From an uncultured Flavobacteriales bacterium (GTDB lineage: Bacteria > Bacteroidota > Bacteroidia > Flavobacteriales_D > Sanyastnellaceae): 64,000 nucleotides of DNA. The DNA lies in the NCBI GenBank assembly GCA_937974555.1, contig CALJKR010000073.1, forward strand, positions 35,118 to 99,117, read 5' to 3'. A program made the translations under genes and the position numbers. Positions 1 through 10,702 of this stretch are shown piece by piece (position 1 is the first letter of the stretch; every line of letters starts with the position of its first letter). A model generated the notes under the pieces. It saw nothing but the letters and a program-made list of their open reading frames with translations. It did no database searches and was not told the DNA's origin.

Positions 1-369
1 GCGGTTGATGTAGCCCGGGCGTTGATTCAATTGATGGATCAAAAATGCTGGGGACAACGCTATGTTTTGGTAGCGGAAAACCATACCATGCAATGGGCGT
101 TTGAGCAGATTGCTGATTCGTTACAAATCAAAAGGCCGTTTTGGAAAGTCAATGCTGCCGTACTGAAAATATTGTGGCTGCTGGATGGATTCAAAGAGAA
201 ATTTTTGGGTGTGAAAGCGCAAATTACCGAGGAGGCCATTCGGAATACCGCTGAAATCAAGCAATACAGTTCGCAAAAGATTATTGGCCAGTTGGATTTT
301 AAATTTGAGGATATGCAAGAAGTGTTCGGTAAAACGGGAACTTATATGCGTAGACATTTACATTTGTAG
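1..369 (+). CDS. 3' end of a gene truncated by the window edge; possibly the C-terminal part of an NAD-dependent epimerase/dehydratase (SDR-family) protein
   Basis: Frame +1 is open from nt 1 (AVDVARALIQLMDQ...) and continues into ORF 22..369. The sequence loosely resembles the C-terminal substrate-binding part of SDR epimerases. There is no start codon in the window. Confidence 0.35.
   Translation, partial: AVDVARALIQLMDQKCWGQRYVLVAENHTMQWAFEQIADSLQIKRPFWKVNAAVLKILWLLDGFKEKFLGVKAQITEEAIRNTAEIKQYSSQKIIGQLDFKFEDMQEVFGKTGTYMRRHLHL
359..366 (+). promoter_or_regulatory. Putative Bacteroidetes sigma-A -7 promoter element (TACATTTG) for maeB
   Basis: Exact match to the TAnnTTTG consensus, 21 nt upstream of the ATG at 388. 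The stretch just before the start codon is A-rich. Confidence 0.4.
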
Positions 370-387
370 AATTAGGAAATTAAAAAG

Positions 388-2667
388 ATGGAAGCGATTA
401 AGAAAAAGGATGCATTGGATTACCATTCGCAGGGAAGACCAGGGAAGTTGGAAATTATCCCCACCAAGCCGCACAGTTCACAACGTGATTTGGCTTTGGC
501 TTATTCTCCCGGTGTAGCGGAACCCGTGTTGGCCATAGCTGAAAACCCGGACGATGTATACAAGTACACGGCCAAGGGAAATTTGGTGGGCGTGATCTCC
601 AATGGAACGGCCATCTTGGGACTTGGGAATTTGGGTCCCGCTGCCTCCAAGCCCGTGATGGAAGGCAAGGGCATGCTGTTCAAAATCTTTGCGGACATTG
701 ATAGTATCGATATTGAGGTAGACACTTCGGATGTCGAAGACTTTATTAAAACGGTAAAGAATATTGCCGTCACATTTGGTGGAATCAATTTGGAAGATAT
801 CAAAGCGCCAGAGGCATTTGAGATCGAGGAGCGCTTGAAGGCGGAGTTGGATATTCCCATCATGCACGATGATCAGCACGGTACGGCAATCATCTCCAGT
901 GCCGCGTTGATTAATGCTTTGGAAATTGCTGAGAAAAAAATAGGTGATGTACGAATTGTGGTTAGTGGGGCAGGTGCTGCTGCTTTGTCTTGTGTGGATA
1001 TGATGATTCAATTGGGAGCCAATCCCAAAAACGTATACATGTATGACTCCAAAGGACTCATTACTTCCGATCGTTCAGACTTGGATCACCGCAAACAACG
1101 TTTTGCTATCGAGCACAACATAGGATCATTGGTGGATGCGATGAATGGAGCGGATGTTTTCTTGGGATTGTCACAAGGCAATATCGTTTCACAAGAAATG
1201 ATAGCCTCCATGGCGAGCAACCCTATAGTATTTGCTTTGGCCAACCCCAATCCGGAAATTTCTTATGATGATGCCATGGCGGCTCGTCCTGATGTAATTA
1301 TGGCCACAGGTAGAAGTGACCATCCCAATCAGGTGAACAACGTATTGGGATTTCCTTTCATTTTTAGAGGAGCCTTGGATGTGAGAGCGCGTTGTATCAA
1401 CAATGAGATGAAAGTAGCTGCTGTGCATGCTTTGGCAGCTTTGGCTAAGGAATCTGTTCCAGAAGAAGTTGTGCAAGCGTACAATTTGACTTCGCTTACT
1501 TTTGGAAGAGATTACATCATTCCCAAGCCTTTAGATCCTCGTTTGATTTACGTTGTTTCAGGTGCTGTGGCCAAGGCTGCAGTAGAAAGTGGAGTTGCCC
1601 GATTGCCTTTGAAAGATGAAGAGGTATACAAAGCGGAATTGTTGAGCCGTATTGGTCGAGACAATGCTTTGTCACGCGGAATAGCAGAGCGCGCAAGGAA
1701 GTCGCCCAAACGTGTGGTATTTGCTGAAGGGGAGAATGTAAAAATTCTAAAAGCTGCAGAGGCCGCCAAGGACGAGGGATGTGCTATTCCAATTTTATTG
1801 GGAGACGAGAAAAGAATCCGTGAACTCATCAAAGAGTGGGACATTGATTTGGAAGGAGTAGAGATTTTTGATCCAAGAATTGAGACCAATGATTGCAATC
1901 GCGAAAGATTTGGGCAAATTTATTTTGAGCGCAAGCAACGTCGCGGCATCACCTACACCGATGCAGTGCGTTCCATGCGAGAGCGCAATTATTTTGGAGC
2001 GATGATGGTGGAAACGGGCATGGCAGACGCCATGATCAGCGGGATGACGCGCAATTATTCCAAGGTGATTCGTCCGGGATTGCAGGTGATTGGACCAGCG
2101 CAGGGCGTGAAAAAAGTGTGCGGTATGTACATTGTACAAACGCTCAAAGGTCCTTTATTTATTGCCGATACGACAGTCAATGAGGATCCCACGGCAGAGG
2201 ATATTGTAGAAATCACTTTGCGTGTGGCCGAAGCCATCAGCTTGATGAAAATCACCCCACGAATTGCTTTGTTGAGTTATTCCAATTTTGGATCTGCCAA
2301 GGGCAAAGACCCTCAAAAAATGGCCAAGGCAGCCGAAATATTGCAGCGTGATTATCCCCACTTGTTGGTAGATGGCGAATTGCAAGCCAATTTTGCCTTG
2401 AACAACGAGATGATGAAAGAGAATTTCCCTTTCTCAAAATTGGTCGGTCACCAAGTAAATACCCTGATTTTCCCTAATCTTTCTGCAGGAAATATCGCGT
2501 ACAAATTGCTGCAAGAATCTGCGGGGTGCGAGGTAATCGGTCCGGTGTTGTTGGGGATGAATCACAGTTATCATATTCTACAAATGGGTTGTTCTGTGCG
2601 AGAAATCATCAATATGATTAGAATTGCGGTGGTAGACGCACAATTCAAAGGAACAGGTCGCGCGTAG
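388..2667 (+). CDS. maeB: NADP-dependent malic enzyme (malic enzyme core plus C-terminal phosphotransacetylase-like domain)
   Basis: 759 aa. The N-terminal half has malic-enzyme motifs (LALAYSPGVAEP, GLGNLGP, VVSGAGAAA Rossmann loop). The C-terminal ~330 aa is PTA-like. This is the standard MaeB architecture. Confidence 0.9.
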   Translation: MEAIKKKDALDYHSQGRPGKLEIIPTKPHSSQRDLALAYSPGVAEPVLAIAENPDDVYKYTAKGNLVGVISNGTAILGLGNLGPAASKPVMEGKGMLFKIFADIDSIDIEVDTSDVEDFIKTVKNIAVTFGGINLEDIKAPEAFEIEERLKAELDIPIMHDDQHGTAIISSAALINALEIAEKKIGDVRIVVSGAGAAALSCVDMMIQLGANPKNVYMYDSKGLITSDRSDLDHRKQRFAIEHNIGSLVDAMNGADVFLGLSQGNIVSQEMIASMASNPIVFALANPNPEISYDDAMAARPDVIMATGRSDHPNQVNNVLGFPFIFRGALDVRARCINNEMKVAAVHALAALAKESVPEEVVQAYNLTSLTFGRDYIIPKPLDPRLIYVVSGAVAKAAVESGVARLPLKDEEVYKAELLSRIGRDNALSRGIAERARKSPKRVVFAEGENVKILKAAEAAKDEGCAIPILLGDEKRIRELIKEWDIDLEGVEIFDPRIETNDCNRERFGQIYFERKQRRGITYTDAVRSMRERNYFGAMMVETGMADAMISGMTRNYSKVIRPGLQVIGPAQGVKKVCGMYIVQTLKGPLFIADTTVNEDPTAEDIVEITLRVAEAISLMKITPRIALLSYSNFGSAKGKDPQKMAKAAEILQRDYPHLLVDGELQANFALNNEMMKENFPFSKLVGHQVNTLIFPNLSAGNIAYKLLQESAGCEVIGPVLLGMNHSYHILQMGCSVREIINMIRIAVVDAQFKGTGRA

Positions 2668-2713
2668 TAGCTGGATTTTTTGTATTTTCACGCCTTTCTA
2701 AAAAAGAAAGGTG

Positions 2714-3307
2714 ATGTTGCACTCTATTCGTGGTAAATTACTGGAGAAAAGTCCGGTTCATGCGGTTGTCGAAGTCAACGGCGTTGGCTATTTGGTACAA
2801 ATTCCTTTGAGCACTTTTAGTCAGTTACCCGATCAAGGAGAGGCTACTTTGTATACGCACCTTCACATCAATGGAAACGACTTTTCGCTGGTGCTATATG
2901 GTTTCAGCAATCCAGAAGATCGTGAGATTTTTAAAAAACTGATTTCAGTGAGTGGGGTAGGCCCCAACACAGCACGAATGGTTTTGTCGAGCTTGAGTGC
3001 GGACGAATTGCGCGCGGTGATTATCAGCAAGGATGTTGCGGGACTCAAGCGCATCAAGGGAATTGGAGAAAAGACTGCGGAAAGAATGATCATTGATTTG
3101 CACGATAAAATGGGCAAATTTGATGGCGCAATTTCTTCAGAAAAATCAGGTATTGCGTACAATATCCAACGTCAGGATGCGTTATTAGCCCTTTCCTCCT
3201 TGGGATTGGACAAATCCAAAGCTGAAAAGCATTTGGATAAAGTCATGAAAGAAAGTCCCAATGGAAGTTTGGAAGAGTGGATCAAATGGGTATTGAAACA
3301 AATTTAA
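2714..3307 (+). CDS. ruvA: Holliday junction branch migration complex subunit RuvA
   Basis: ~197 aa starting MLHSIRGKL, with two helix-hairpin-helix motifs (VSGVGPNTARMVL, IKGIGEKTAERMI). I prefer the ATG at 2714 over the GTG at 2711. Confidence 0.9.
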   Translation: MLHSIRGKLLEKSPVHAVVEVNGVGYLVQIPLSTFSQLPDQGEATLYTHLHINGNDFSLVLYGFSNPEDREIFKKLISVSGVGPNTARMVLSSLSADELRAVIISKDVAGLKRIKGIGEKTAERMIIDLHDKMGKFDGAISSEKSGIAYNIQRQDALLALSSLGLDKSKAEKHLDKVMKESPNGSLEEWIKWVLKQI

Positions 3308-6300
3308 GTGAAGGTTAAACCGAGGCATATCATACAGTGGGTGGCGATTGTGGGCATAAGCTTGCTGTCGTCATGGTTGGCTTGGTCGGTTTCTGTTTTA
3401 AGTTATCATACCCAATGGGCGCGACCCTCAGCGCGAATTGCAGCAGCCACTGTAGCCGATACAACGGTGACCCCGGTTTGGCCCAATCAAGATCCCATCA
3501 ACCCTTCACCCCAGGACAATGGCATAGCCATTCCCCTTCCCAAAAACATCAAATACCACGTAGAGTACAACCCAGAAACCGGATTGTATGAGGTGTCCCA
3601 AAAAATAGGCGACCGCATCGATTTTCGCAACGCAACGCAAATGACCCGCGAGGAGTACATGGCGTTTCAAATGAAAGACAATGTAACCGCTTATTGGAAA
3701 GAATTGGTGAAGCAGGATGACGAAGCCAAGCGAGAATTTGCGCCCAGCTTTAAAATTGATTCCAAAGCATTTGAAAATATTTTTGGTTCCAATGAGATTG
3801 AGTTTCGCCCCCAGGGGAGTGCGGAATTGACCTTTGGTGTCAAGATGTCCAAAGTGGACAATCCCCGAATTCCAGAACGACAAAGAAGGGTAACTACTTT
3901 TGATTTTGATCAAAAGATTCAGTTGAATGTAACGGGGAATGTGGGTACCCGAATGAAATTCAATTTCAATTACAACACGGAAAGCCAATTTGATTTTGAA
4001 AATCAAATGAAGTTGGGTTATACGGGAGATGAAGATCAGATTATCAAGAAAATTGAATTGGGTACAGTACAAATGCCTTTGTCCGGTTCATTGATACAAG
4101 GGAGTTCCAGTTTGTTTGGGGCCAAAGTAGAAACGCAGTGGGGAAAGTTAAAAAACACCACAGTAGTTTCCCAGCAAAAGGGCGAGCGCAAGGAGATTAC
4201 AGTGCAAGGCGGAGCGCAGACCACCCAGTTTGATATTCCCGTAGACAACTACGAAGCCAATCGACATTATTTCCTTTCAGGATATTTTAGAGACAACTAC
4301 GACAACGCCATGAAGACGTTACCAGTGGTCAATAGCGGTGCCATCGTGACGAGGATTGAGGTGTATGTGGTGAACCAACAGGCCAATACGCAGGATGTGC
4401 GAAACATTTTGGCTTTCTCAGATTTGGGAGAATCGGCCAATCACATGTCTACGGACTACGCCTATCAGGGTTTGATCAATCAGCCACAGACCATTAATCC
4501 GGACAACGACAACAACGATTTGTATGCCACCATGATGGGCAGTCAGGAAATTTTAGATTTTACCAATGCCAATCCAGCCATTCAGGCATTGGGATTGAAT
4601 TTGCGTCAAGGTATTCACTACGAGCGTGTAGGAAATGCGCGTAAACTGAGCACCTCAGAATTCACTTACAATTCCAAGTTGGGTTTTGTCTCTTTGAAAC
4701 AGGCGTTGAATAATGCCGAGGTATTGGCCGTTGCCTATGAGTACACATTGAACGGACAAACCTTTCAAGTTGGAACGCTTTCTCAAGATGGGATTGCAGC
4801 TCCCCAAGCGTTGGTATTGAAGATGTTGAAATCCTCCATTACCATGGTGAAATTAACCAATGGAGATCCAGCGCCGTTGTGGAGAAACATGATGAAGAAC
4901 GTCTATAACCTGGGCGCTTTTGGTGTTTCTCCTGAGAATTTCCGTTTGGACGTTTGGTACAACAACCCAGCTACGGGGGTGAACATGAACAGTATCCAAA
5001 GGGATCCGCTTTCTGGAAAGTTATTGTTGCAACTTTTAGACTTGGATAGGATTGATAACCAGCAGATGCCTTATCCCGATGCGTTTTTTGATTTTGTACC
5101 CAATGCCGCCACACAAGGTGGATTGATAGACGCGCAAACGGGACGCATATTCTTTCCGCACATCGAACCATTTGGGCAACATTTGGAAAATGAGATTATC
5201 GATGGTTTTGGCGGACTAACTACCCAAGCGCAACAGATGATAAGCCAGGTTGTGTTTAATCCGTTGTATGATTCGACAAAAACCTCCGCGCAAATTAATT
5301 TCCCACAACTGAATCGATTTAGAATCAAAGGTCAATATCAAAGCGCCTCCGGTTCGGACATTTCATTGAACGCCATGAACATTCCGCAGGGTTCTGTTTC
5401 TGTTACTTCAGGAAGTATCAAATTGGTGGAGGGACAGGATTTCACGGTGGATTATAACCTGGGTCGTGTGAAAATCATCAATGAAGGGGTGATGAATAGT
5501 GGCAATCCCATCAAGGTTTCCGTAGAAAGTAATTCGTTGTTCAATATGCAGTTTAAAACCATGTTGGGTAGCCGATTTGATTACAAATTCAATGACAAAT
5601 TATCGGTGGGTTCTACTTTCATGAATTTGCGAGAACGCCCATTGACACAAAAGGTGAATATCGGCGATGAGCCGGTAAACAACTGGGTAGTGGGGGCCGA
5701 CGTGAATTACCAAGAGGAAATCCCATTTTTAACCCAGATGGTGGACCGATTGCCTTTTATTAAAACCAAAGCCAAGTCGACGATTTCATTCAATGGTGAG
5801 GCAGCCAAGATGTTCCCAGGGCATAGCAAAGCCATTTCCAAAATAGGAAATTCTTACATTGATGATTTTGAAGGAAGTCAAAGTATCATTGACTTGCGAA
5901 CCATCAATCAGTGGTTTTTGGCCAGCACGCCCAAAATGCAACAAGGCTTATTTCCAGAAGGCAATGTGGAAGATAGCGTTATCTATAATTACAACCGTGC
6001 AAGATTGAGTTGGTATGTGATTGATCCGCTTTTTTACCGCAACAATGCATTAACACCTCCCAACGTAGACGCAGATATGCAGAGCGATCACCGCATGCGT
6101 GAGGTTTTGGAGGCGGAAGTTTTCCCCAATCGACAGTTGCCTCCGGGTACCCCTCCCAACATTGCAACGCTTGACCTGACCTATTATCCCGAAGAACGTG
6201 GGCCATACAATTACGATACTCCCGATGGTGTTCCCGGATACTCCTCAGGTCTGAGCACGGAAGGATTGCTCAATGAACCTGAAACCCGATGGGGAGGTAT

Positions 6301-9300
6301 TCAACGCGCCCTTACAACAACGGACTTTGAAATGAGTAATGTCCAGTTCATTCAATTTTGGGTGATGGACCCTTTTAACGATGACTCTGAAAATATCAAC
6401 GGTGGAGATTTGTATTTCAACTTGGGTAACGTTTCTGAGGATGTGTTGAATGATTCACATTTGTCTTTTGAAAATGGGTTTCCAACAGACAATAACCCAC
6501 TGCCCACTTTGACCGGATCTTGGGGCATTTATCCCAACCCTTCTACTTTCAATGTGGTGAATGCATTTGATAACACCACAGGGTCTTATGAGCAGCAAGA
6601 CATTGGGTTGGATGGATTGAACTCTGCACAAGAGCAAAGCTTCTTCTCTCAATGGTTGTCTTCTGTTCAAAACCATGTGTCGCCGGAGTCTTATGTGAAG
6701 ATTGTACAAGATCCGTCTGCGGATGATTTCCGTTATTTCCGCGGTAGTCAAAGTGATCAAGAGGACCTCACCACTTTGGAGCGATACAAAAAATACAATG
6801 GTTACGAGGGCAATGCCAATACTTCAAGCCCTGAAGGATATCCCATTACGGCAACCACAGTGCCCAATACAGAGGACATCAACCAAGACATTACGCTGAA
6901 TCAAATAGAAAGTTATTTCCAATACAAAGTCAGCATGCGTCCCGAGGATTTGGGGGAGAATAATATTGGAACGAACTACATCACAGATAGTTTTGTCACC
7001 ACCAAAACCACCGCCAATGGCGAGGAAAGATCCATTCGTTGGTACCAATTTAAAGTGCCAATCAAAGAATTTGAATCGCGCATTGGAAATATCCCTGACT
7101 TCCGTTCTATTCGTTATATCCGAATGTTTTTAAAAGGATGGAAAGAGCCCGTGACCTTGCGTTTTGCTCGTTTGGAGTTGGTACGTGGGGAATGGAGAAA
7201 ATTGGATCAGAGTTTATTGGGACCACAAGAATTGGAGCCCAATGATGACGAACCAACAGAGTTTGATATTGCAGCAGTGAATATTGAGGAGAACGGAAAT
7301 CGCGAACCCGTTCCGTATGCCGTACCTCCTGGAATTATTCGTGAACAAGACGTTGCCTCTGCCAACTTGCGCAGCATGAACGAGCAGAGCTTGGCCATGT
7401 CGGTTTGTAATTTGAACGATGGTGATGCCAAGGCAGCTTACCGCAATGTCACTTTTGATATGCGCCAATACAAGCGCTTGCGCATGTTTGCTCACATCGA
7501 AGCCAAAGGAGTAGAAAGTGAATTAAGGGACAAAGATCTGACTGTATTTGTTCGCTTGGGTTCCGACTTTGACCAAAACTATTATGAGTATGAAATGCCC
7601 ATGTCGGTAACGCCATGGTACACCAATGATGATACGGAAATCTGGCCAGAAGACAACAACTTTGATATTGTAATCAAAGATCTTCAAGATCTAAAAGCAT
7701 CGCGTCCTGCTGCATATTCCAACCTGCAGGCCTATTCAAAAAAATTATCGGAGAACGTTCAGATAACGGTCAAAGGAAATCCCAACATCTCCAATGTAAC
7801 CGTATTGATGATTGGGGTGCGCAATCCGGATGACAAGAAGAATGTATTTAGCAATTCAGATGACGGCAAAGCAAAATGTGCTATTGTTTGGGTGAACGAA
7901 TTGCGATTGTCTGAATTTGATAATACCTCTGGATGGGCGGCCATTGGAAGGATGACAGCGCAAGTTGCAGATTTGGCAACAGTGAACGTAGCCGGAAATA
8001 TCAGCACGCCGGGCTGGGGATCGGTGGAACAAAAAGTACAGCAACGTCAACAAGAGACCAAAACGGGGGTTGACGCAAGCACCACTGTGCAAATGGGAAA
8101 ATTCTTCCCCGAGAAATGGGGCGTGCAAATGCCATTGTACATGGGCTTCTCTGAAAACGTATCTACCCCACGTTATAGTCCATTACAACCCGATTTGGAG
8201 TTGGCTGAATTGCCCAATTTATCCAAACCTTTGAAGAAGAAATCACAGACCATGACACGAAGAAGAAGTGTCAACGTGACCAATTTGAAAATCGTTCCTA
8301 AAAAAGATTCGGGTGGAGGTGATCCCGCAGCTACAGCAGGTAGACCTGCAGCTCCAACTCCAGCTCCCGGTGGTAGTGGTGCTGGTGATGAACCCAAGTT
8401 CTACAGCATTGACAATTTTTCTGTGAGCTATGCTTACAACGAAATTTATTTCCGGGATATCAATATCGATTTCCGATTAAACAAGCAGTATACCGGCGGA
8501 TTTGATTATTCTTTCAATAACAAGCCCAAAGAGATTAAACCATTTGCTAAAATTCCGGTGGTAAAGACCTCACCCTATTTGAAATGGGTGAAAGAATTTA
8601 ATTTCTATCCCGGACTTAAACAGGTTGGATTCCATACCGATATGAATCGTACTTATGAGACTAGTCGCATTAGAAACAATACGCTTGAGTTGACAGGGGT
8701 TTATAGTGACATGTTGATTCAAACCCAAGCGCAAAAAAATTGGAGTTGGAATCGCAATTACAATATCAAATACGATTTGACCAAGAGCATCAAAATGGAT
8801 TTTGTTGCCGCCAATACGGCGCTGATTGTCGAGCCGCGCGGGGTAATTCAAAAGGAAGACAAAGATTGGTACCAAGCATACAAGGATACGGTGAGTCAGA
8901 ATATCGCGCGCATGGGAGAAAGCACCATGTACAATCACCAGTTTAATGCATCTTATAAATTGCCGTTGGATAAATTCCCGTTGATTGACTTTGTTAGTTC
9001 AGATGTGAAGTACAGTTCTAGTTTCCGTTGGGATCGAGCTCCTTTTACTCAAGACACCTTGGGGCATAGAATTCAAAATTCGAGAAATTTGAATTTCAAT
9101 GCAACGGCCAATTTCGAGACCCTATATAACAAAGTCCCTCGTCTGAAGGAAGTTAATCAGGGCAAGAAGGATGACAAGAAAGACAAAGGAAAGGATGCCA
9201 ACAATCCCGATAACAAGGATGGTTTTGGAAAGGAAATAGACAAGAAAGAAAAGAAAGAGAAAATCAACTGGGTAGATGTTTCCTTGCGTTTCTTGATGAT

Positions 9301-10702
9301 GGTAAGAAATGCCAACTTCACGTATGCCAAGAATGAAGGGATGTTGTTGCCTGGTTATAATCAACGGGCCGGTGTATTGGGACAGAATGGGCAATTTTCA
9401 GCACCGGGATTGGGCTTTGCTTTTGGACAACAAAATACCGATTGGCAGGGCAATTTGACGGATAGAAACTTTGCCGTTTTGATGTCTGAAAATGGTTATT
9501 TGGTGAACTCACCATTTTTGAATAATCAATATACTGAAACAGCAACAACCAATTGGAGCGCCAAGGCCTCCATTGAGCCCATTAAATATTTGAAAATAGA
9601 ATTAACCGCCAATCGACAAGATGGTCGCAATTTGGCTAGTTTCTTCCGTTACAATCCGGATTCGATGGAGTATCAATTCCAATCTCCATTGGAGACAGGA
9701 AATTTCAGTGCTTCAATCAACACGTGGTCTACTGCTTTTGCCAAAGATGACAAGTCCAATGGAAATATGTCTGAGCCCTTCATGAATTTATTGGCTTACA
9801 GAGAGGTCATTTCAGGTCGATTGAATGAAGAGAGTTATCAATTGACCAATCCTGAGCCAACAGGATTTTATCAAGGCTATGGTGGTACCTCTCAGGAAGT
9901 GGTAATCCCTGCATTCATTGCGGCGTACACAGGCAAGTCTCCTGAAGAAGTAGCTTTAAATCCGTTCAAGACCTCATCACAACCCAACTGGAAAGTGAGT
10001 TACGATGGATTCACCAAATTGGAGAGTGTCAAGAAATATTTCAAGCAGTTCACCGTAAATCACCAGTACCGCTCTACCATCAGCGCCAACTACGTGACCA
10101 ATCTAAATTTCACTGCAGATCAGCAAGGTCGACCATCCGCTTTGGATGCCAATGAGGTGCCCAACTGGATACCCAAGCAGCAGATCAATACCATTACCAT
10201 TACGGAGTCCATGGCTCCGTTGGTAGGATTTGATATGACCGTAAAGACCAAAAAGAGCAATGATCCGCAGATCAAAGTGGAAATGAAACGCGATCGAACA
10301 GTTGCTTTGGGATTGAGTAATAACCAAGTGACAGAAAATAGAAGCAATAGCTTTGTTATCGGAACAGGTTACAAGTTTACAGATATCCCCAATCCATTGG
10401 CCAAATTGAAAGGACAGAAGTTCCCTTTGAAGTTGGCCAAGAATACTTCAATTAACCTTCGTGCAGATTTAACCATGCGTGATAACGTGACAATGATTAG
10501 AAAGATTACAGAGAAGCAAAATCAAATCACTGCAGGGCAAACCCTTTGGAGCTTGAAGACCAGTGCTGATATGGCGGTAAGTGATAAATTGACCATTCGA
10601 TTCTTCTACGATCATCAATTCAATAAACCCAAGATTTCAAACTCTTTCAACAACACCAATATCAACGCAGGTGTTGCCATTCGATTTACTTTGAACGGTT
10701 AA
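3308..10702 (+). CDS. sprA: T9SS translocon / cell-surface gliding protein SprA (Sov family)
   Basis: 2464 aa with an N-terminal hydrophobic anchor or signal. Its size and sequence character match my recollection of SprA (about 2400 aa). The GTG start directly abuts the ruvA stop; I recall ruvA-sprA adjacency in Flavobacteriia. It contains low-complexity inserts (see findings). Confidence 0.85.
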   Translation: MKVKPRHIIQWVAIVGISLLSSWLAWSVSVLSYHTQWARPSARIAAATVADTTVTPVWPNQDPINPSPQDNGIAIPLPKNIKYHVEYNPETGLYEVSQKIGDRIDFRNATQMTREEYMAFQMKDNVTAYWKELVKQDDEAKREFAPSFKIDSKAFENIFGSNEIEFRPQGSAELTFGVKMSKVDNPRIPERQRRVTTFDFDQKIQLNVTGNVGTRMKFNFNYNTESQFDFENQMKLGYTGDEDQIIKKIELGTVQMPLSGSLIQGSSSLFGAKVETQWGKLKNTTVVSQQKGERKEITVQGGAQTTQFDIPVDNYEANRHYFLSGYFRDNYDNAMKTLPVVNSGAIVTRIEVYVVNQQANTQDVRNILAFSDLGESANHMSTDYAYQGLINQPQTINPDNDNNDLYATMMGSQEILDFTNANPAIQALGLNLRQGIHYERVGNARKLSTSEFTYNSKLGFVSLKQALNNAEVLAVAYEYTLNGQTFQVGTLSQDGIAAPQALVLKMLKSSITMVKLTNGDPAPLWRNMMKNVYNLGAFGVSPENFRLDVWYNNPATGVNMNSIQRDPLSGKLLLQLLDLDRIDNQQMPYPDAFFDFVPNAATQGGLIDAQTGRIFFPHIEPFGQHLENEIIDGFGGLTTQAQQMISQVVFNPLYDSTKTSAQINFPQLNRFRIKGQYQSASGSDISLNAMNIPQGSVSVTSGSIKLVEGQDFTVDYNLGRVKIINEGVMNSGNPIKVSVESNSLFNMQFKTMLGSRFDYKFNDKLSVGSTFMNLRERPLTQKVNIGDEPVNNWVVGADVNYQEEIPFLTQMVDRLPFIKTKAKSTISFNGEAAKMFPGHSKAISKIGNSYIDDFEGSQSIIDLRTINQWFLASTPKMQQGLFPEGNVEDSVIYNYNRARLSWYVIDPLFYRNNALTPPNVDADMQSDHRMREVLEAEVFPNRQLPPGTPPNIATLDLTYYPEERGPYNYDTPDGVPGYSSGLSTEGLLNEPETRWGGIQRALTTTDFEMSNVQFIQFWVMDPFNDDSENINGGDLYFNLGNVSEDVLNDSHLSFENGFPTDNNPLPTLTGSWGIYPNPSTFNVVNAFDNTTGSYEQQDIGLDGLNSAQEQSFFSQWLSSVQNHVSPESYVKIVQDPSADDFRYFRGSQSDQEDLTTLERYKKYNGYEGNANTSSPEGYPITATTVPNTEDINQDITLNQIESYFQYKVSMRPEDLGENNIGTNYITDSFVTTKTTANGEERSIRWYQFKVPIKEFESRIGNIPDFRSIRYIRMFLKGWKEPVTLRFARLELVRGEWRKLDQSLLGPQELEPNDDEPTEFDIAAVNIEENGNREPVPYAVPPGIIREQDVASANLRSMNEQSLAMSVCNLNDGDAKAAYRNVTFDMRQYKRLRMFAHIEAKGVESELRDKDLTVFVRLGSDFDQNYYEYEMPMSVTPWYTNDDTEIWPEDNNFDIVIKDLQDLKASRPAAYSNLQAYSKKLSENVQITVKGNPNISNVTVLMIGVRNPDDKKNVFSNSDDGKAKCAIVWVNELRLSEFDNTSGWAAIGRMTAQVADLATVNVAGNISTPGWGSVEQKVQQRQQETKTGVDASTTVQMGKFFPEKWGVQMPLYMGFSENVSTPRYSPLQPDLELAELPNLSKPLKKKSQTMTRRRSVNVTNLKIVPKKDSGGGDPAATAGRPAAPTPAPGGSGAGDEPKFYSIDNFSVSYAYNEIYFRDINIDFRLNKQYTGGFDYSFNNKPKEIKPFAKIPVVKTSPYLKWVKEFNFYPGLKQVGFHTDMNRTYETSRIRNNTLELTGVYSDMLIQTQAQKNWSWNRNYNIKYDLTKSIKMDFVAANTALIVEPRGVIQKEDKDWYQAYKDTVSQNIARMGESTMYNHQFNASYKLPLDKFPLIDFVSSDVKYSSSFRWDRAPFTQDTLGHRIQNSRNLNFNATANFETLYNKVPRLKEVNQGKKDDKKDKGKDANNPDNKDGFGKEIDKKEKKEKINWVDVSLRFLMMVRNANFTYAKNEGMLLPGYNQRAGVLGQNGQFSAPGLGFAFGQQNTDWQGNLTDRNFAVLMSENGYLVNSPFLNNQYTETATTNWSAKASIEPIKYLKIELTANRQDGRNLASFFRYNPDSMEYQFQSPLETGNFSASINTWSTAFAKDDKSNGNMSEPFMNLLAYREVISGRLNEESYQLTNPEPTGFYQGYGGTSQEVVIPAFIAAYTGKSPEEVALNPFKTSSQPNWKVSYDGFTKLESVKKYFKQFTVNHQYRSTISANYVTNLNFTADQQGRPSALDANEVPNWIPKQQINTITITESMAPLVGFDMTVKTKKSNDPQIKVEMKRDRTVALGLSNNQVTENRSNSFVIGTGYKFTDIPNPLAKLKGQKFPLKLAKNTSINLRADLTMRDNVTMIRKITEKQNQITAGQTLWSLKTSADMAVSDKLTIRFFYDHQFNKPKISNSFNNTNINAGVAIRFTLNG

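Noticed and set aside
478-1011. Antisense ORFs inside maeB (478..1011), sprA (3506..4072) and other housekeeping genes.
   Set aside because: They fully overlap confidently identified genes on the opposite strand and have no motifs. They are ordinary shadow ORFs.
2693-2711. Hairpin CCTTTCT-aaaaa-AGAAAGG between maeB and ruvA, considered as a terminator.
   Set aside because: No T-tract follows it, and it abuts or overlaps the ruvA start region. It could be an mRNA structure, but I cannot support a terminator call.
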